Shown piece after piece: positions 60,473 through 64,000 of a DNA stretch of 64,000 bases (its first letter is position 1; each line of letters opens with the position of its first letter). Location of the stretch: NCBI GenBank assembly GCA_027492465.1, contig JAPUET010000009.1, positions 15,687 through 79,686 of the forward strand, written 5' to 3'. The translations under genes were made by a program, and so were the position numbers. The DNA comes from Candidatus Saccharimonadota bacterium (GTDB lineage Bacteria > Patescibacteriota > Saccharimonadia > Saccharimonadales > Saccharimonadaceae). The notes beneath the pieces are model-generated. The model saw only the letters and a list, made by a program, of their open reading frames with translations, made no database searches and had not been told where the DNA came from.

Positions 60473-63274
60473 TTGAATAAAAGAAAGTTTGTGAGGTTTG
60501 AAATTGTGACGAAAGTAGTGTTGCGCCCCATAAATACGATTCGTTACTTCTTGCTGATAGCACTTACTTTTGCTGTTTGCGTGCCTGGCTTTACGGCTCG
60601 CGCCGAGGCGGTGGATTGGATTAACGGCACAATTGTAGGCGAGAAAGATGAAGCCGATACCCACTACAAGCTGTATGGTGATTGCGGGTATGAAGTAGTT
60701 TCCGTTGAGGTGAGTCTTGGAGCATATCGCCCAGTCACTGATTGCGTTTTTACCGCAAAGTCGTTTCGCTATGCAATTATTGACGGAAGATTGTTTATCC
60801 AGGCCGCAAACGATACCGCCATGCGACCGTTGGTTGATTGGGGCTTTGCCTCTAGGAATAATGTCATTCCTTCTCCGGAAACTGACGATTTTATATTTGG
60901 TAGCCTTATCGTAAGGGATCTTTTACAAAGCACCACACTCGTTACCAACACACCCTCGCTTCATTACGTTGAAAATATTGGCTCCTCGTACAACATTGTA
61001 AGGGATGAAAATGGCAATGTCGGATATACACTTCAGGGGACTGGGGTTTCTCGTAATGGCAAATGGCTCGTGGTGAATGTTAAAAATATTGGGCTTGTAA
61101 AGTTTAATCTTGCCACCATGGGAGCAATCAGGATTGCGCCGTACTCGTCTCAGCTTACAATGCTTGCAATTAGTAACGACGGCAATTCCGTTGCCGAATC
61201 TTCTGATGCAAACCATAATCAGTCGGTAGTATATCGTGCAGATGGATGTGGTGAGAGCGGCGCAACTTTGCAGAGCACGTGGTATAACGCCTCCCTTTTG
61301 AATCCCTGCCAATCTCGAAGTTTATATAGCGATATTAACGATGTACTTGGTGTTGATTTTAGTACAACATACGATAAGCCTGCATTTACCGATGACGGTA
61401 AACTAGAGTTTTACACATTTGGCTACGGTGCAAGCGAGGCGACAAAGGTAACGTTGCGCATAGCGAATCAAGACACCATACCACGGCTTGATTATCTTGC
61501 TTTAGGAGATTCATTCTCAAGTGGAGAGGGCGATCTTAGTAGAGACCAAGGGACCAATCTTAAGTTTTATCGCGACCATACAGATGACGACGGTACGGCA
61601 CTGGTAGATGGAGTTATTAGTAAGGTAAGACCTAAGGAAAAGTGTCATATAAGCACAAATTCATATCCCTATCGCTTAGCGTTAGGTATGGAATTTGGCG
61701 AGCCAACCATCAACACGACCACCACTAAGTGGCAATCCGTTGCTTGTTCTGGAGCGACGGCTTGGGATGTAAAAGAGCAGGGTTCTGCAGACTATCAAGG
61801 ACAGAATGATGGGAATAAGCCACGACTCGAAGGCTACGATGTTTCGAATCTTAAAATTCAAGCGTTGAATGAGTTTATACCGGGTCGCCAAAAACAGATT
61901 GAGTTTGTTAAAAAGTATCAGCCAAAGGTTATTACGCTGACGATGGGCGGGAATGATGTTAATTTTGGTGGGAAAATGAGCGAATGTGTCTCGTGGGTAA
62001 CAACATGCTCTTATGCTGAAATAGGATCGAGAGGAAAACTGAAGAATGAAATATATGATCAGTTTGATAACTTAAGCAGTCTATATAAGGAACTAAAAAG
62101 AGCAACTGGGGACAAGGCAAAAATTTATGTGCTTGGGTATCCGATATATGTCAATGCCGACCCAAGAGCGAAGTGCTCCTCGAAAGTACTTTTTCTGAAT
62201 TTAGAAGAGCGCGAGATGATTGTAAATTCAATTATTTACCTAAATAATATTATAAAAGCAGCTGCGGAGAGCGCGGGTGTAAAATATATCGATGTAGAAA
62301 ATGCCTTTGGAAGCCACCGTCAATGCGACAATGAAGAGGCGCATGTTAATGCGGTAACAGGGGTGAAAGGGTATAGAGGTAACGAGGAGCAGGAGAGTTT
62401 CCACCCGAATAAGGAAGGGCAAGCTGACATAGCTATTGCCGTATGGGATCGGGTAGGCGGTCAAAGTTTGCTTGATTATGTAACTTGCCCACAGGCTCCG
62501 ACGCAAAGAGTATGTCCCAATACAGAATTAACGGCAGACCGGGCAGCCGTACCACCCTATTTCCAGGATGCCAAGGAAGATGACACAGTTGTAAGATACT
62601 ACACTCTTACGAACGGTACTTTAATTAAATCAACTTCGTACTATGACGTAAAAACCGAGCGGTACCAGTTTGAACCGGAATCGGCAGTTGATATTACGCT
62701 TTATTCCAAACCAACTCATATAGGAACTTATCAGGCGGGCGGGGATGGGATGCTTAGTGCGAGCATCTCCATACCGACTACTATCTCAGCGGGTTACCAT
62801 CGTCTTGTTCTGAGCGGAAAGTCTTCTCAAGGTCGACACGTGGAGGTGTACCAAACCGTTCTTATCCTAGGAGTCGACCCGAGCGATCTGGATGAAGATG
62901 GTGTTTTGGATTCACAAGACGGCTGTCTTTTTGGGGCGGTGCGGGATGATGTGGTTGATATAAGCACTAGATCCGGATGTGTTGGCAGCGAGCTGTATTC
63001 CGACCCTGCTAAAAAAGCACAGCCAGTATCACTGATTTCTGACAAGCATACTGATGACAATAGTACGAACCTTATGTCAAAAAACAATGGCAACGCTATC
63101 CGCATTGGAATAAATAACGAAACTTCAGATCAAATTGTCGAAAACTATAGTGTTACATCGATGGCAGAAAATTCAGCAAATAAAACAACACAGAATGACA
63201 ATGGTGTTATTTTGCTCATCCTAGCACTTGCTTTACTGATTATTGCAAAATACACTAGAAGCAGGAAAGCTTAA
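60473..63274 (+). CDS. large secreted, C-terminally anchored SGNH/GDSL hydrolase
   Basis: 933-aa ORF. There is no ATG at the 5' end (TTG at 60473; alternative GTG at 60506). Signal peptide present. SGNH blocks: LALGDSFSSGEG, CSGAT, TMGGNDVNF, SFHPNKEG. Contains a TSP3-like Ca-binding motif DLDEDGVLDSQDGC. C-terminal TM + basic tail (VILLILALALLIIAKYTRSRKA). Confidence 0.8.
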   Translation: MNKRKFVRFEIVTKVVLRPINTIRYFLLIALTFAVCVPGFTARAEAVDWINGTIVGEKDEADTHYKLYGDCGYEVVSVEVSLGAYRPVTDCVFTAKSFRYAIIDGRLFIQAANDTAMRPLVDWGFASRNNVIPSPETDDFIFGSLIVRDLLQSTTLVTNTPSLHYVENIGSSYNIVRDENGNVGYTLQGTGVSRNGKWLVVNVKNIGLVKFNLATMGAIRIAPYSSQLTMLAISNDGNSVAESSDANHNQSVVYRADGCGESGATLQSTWYNASLLNPCQSRSLYSDINDVLGVDFSTTYDKPAFTDDGKLEFYTFGYGASEATKVTLRIANQDTIPRLDYLALGDSFSSGEGDLSRDQGTNLKFYRDHTDDDGTALVDGVISKVRPKEKCHISTNSYPYRLALGMEFGEPTINTTTTKWQSVACSGATAWDVKEQGSADYQGQNDGNKPRLEGYDVSNLKIQALNEFIPGRQKQIEFVKKYQPKVITLTMGGNDVNFGGKMSECVSWVTTCSYAEIGSRGKLKNEIYDQFDNLSSLYKELKRATGDKAKIYVLGYPIYVNADPRAKCSSKVLFLNLEEREMIVNSIIYLNNIIKAAAESAGVKYIDVENAFGSHRQCDNEEAHVNAVTGVKGYRGNEEQESFHPNKEGQADIAIAVWDRVGGQSLLDYVTCPQAPTQRVCPNTELTADRAAVPPYFQDAKEDDTVVRYYTLTNGTLIKSTSYYDVKTERYQFEPESAVDITLYSKPTHIGTYQAGGDGMLSASISIPTTISAGYHRLVLSGKSSQGRHVEVYQTVLILGVDPSDLDEDGVLDSQDGCLFGAVRDDVVDISTRSGCVGSELYSDPAKKAQPVSLISDKHTDDNSTNLMSKNNGNAIRIGINNETSDQIVENYSVTSMAENSANKTTQNDNGVILLILALALLIIAKYTRSRKA

Positions 63275-63291
63275 AAGCTATAATCAATTCT

Positions 63292-63597
63292 ATGTATAAA
63301 AAGTACATAAGACTTTTTGTCATTTGTTTAGCTTATGGCGGCTTGATATCGTCTATTGTTTTATATGTAATTATGAATTACGTTAGTTCTCATTATTATG
63401 GCCTAGGCATACGTCCGTTACGGCCTATCATCATAACCAGTTTCATACTATCTCTACTGGCTTTAGTGTCTAATATTATGATAGCGGTAAAGTATAAAAA
63501 TCCTTTACGTGTTATTTCGATTGTTGGATTACTCCTAAGTCTTGCAGTAGCTGCTTTATTGATTGTGCCCCTAGCTTTTAGCTCCGGTACCTACTAA
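63292..63597 (+). CDS. small 3-TM membrane protein
   Basis: 101-aa hydrophobic ORF, 17 nt after the SGNH hydrolase stop. No recognisable family. Confidence 0.55.
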   Translation: MYKKYIRLFVICLAYGGLISSIVLYVIMNYVSSHYYGLGIRPLRPIIITSFILSLLALVSNIMIAVKYKNPLRVISIVGLLLSLAVAALLIVPLAFSSGTY

Positions 63598-63843
63598 TCA
63601 TATATAGACTCTAGTTCGAATACCTAGATGCTGGACGAGATTTGATCTTCTCGTATACGATGAAAATGGCGAAACATACAAAGACCAGGCTAAAGGAGTT
63701 CACGGTCTGGTTCGGCTTATCGGCAGGAAAGTATTAGATAATAGGCAAGCTACTTGCTCGGCCCTAGCTGCCTATCGACCCCTATGTTTAATCTCTCAGC
63801 AAAATCTATGCTATCATAAGCCATAACATTATGGAGGGGTGCG

Positions 63844-64000
63844 ATGTTCTGGTTTGTAGTGGCGATGGTTTTTCTGATCATTTGGCTGAGTGAGCGATCA
63901 CGGGCAAAAAAAGACAATAACAATCGATACAATCAGGGGTGGTGGGACGCTTACGCTTATGTGCGAGATAAGATTGAGAAACTTCCCCACACTGATCAAC
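63844..64000 (+). CDS. hypothetical small membrane protein (5' part, runs off window)
   Basis: ATG at 63844 preceded by a strong SD (GGAGGGG, 5 nt upstream). Encodes MFWFVVAMVFLIIWLSERSRAKKDNNNRYNQGWWDAY... and is still open at the window end. Confidence 0.4.
   Translation, partial: MFWFVVAMVFLIIWLSERSRAKKDNNNRYNQGWWDAYAYVRDKIEKLPHTDQ

Overview
The window is a 64-kb chromosomal segment spanning the replication origin of a small-genome bacterium that uses the standard code (UGA is a stop; all long ORFs are intact under code 11). Gene content looks Patescibacteria/CPR, Saccharibacteria-like; this is an inference from T4SS_pilin-type paralogue arrays, a short YidC, and a compact, heavily overlapping gene layout.

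Layout:
- 1-8.2 kb: housekeeping genes (valS, rlmH, a HIT hydrolase, a PaaX-like regulator, comF, an Hsp20) and four tRNAs (three tRNA-Ser and one tRNA-Arg), with odd tRNA-like debris around them.
- 5.7-27.7 kb: a type IV secretion-like gene set. It has 7 VirB2/TrbC-like pilin paralogues (6 in one tightly coupled operon), two convergent giant VirB6/TrbL-like proteins, a lipoprotein, and a PrgI/VirB3-like protein. It also has a VirB4 ATPase preceded by a separate VirB4-N-domain-like ORF, two multi-domain peptidoglycan hydrolases and two bitopic proteins. No coupling protein, relaxase, integrase or island borders were found.
- 27.7-33.8 kb: recF-dnaN-dnaA, oriC with three perfect DnaA boxes, then rpmH-rnpA-yidC-jag.
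- 33.8-60.4 kb: a large cell-surface glycan cluster. It contains rfbABCD, about 10 glycosyltransferases, GtrA/GtrB-like genes, a Wzm/Wzt-type ABC exporter plus a Wzx flippase, and three GT-C-like membrane proteins. Embedded in it are sucCD and a 9-repeat ChW surface protein.
- 60.5-64 kb: a 933-aa anchored SGNH hydrolase and small membrane proteins.

No CRISPR array, transposase or prophage signature was seen. The most interesting signal is the non-conjugative-looking T4SS-like machine with its multiple pilins and cell-wall-degrading arsenal, sitting next to oriC.
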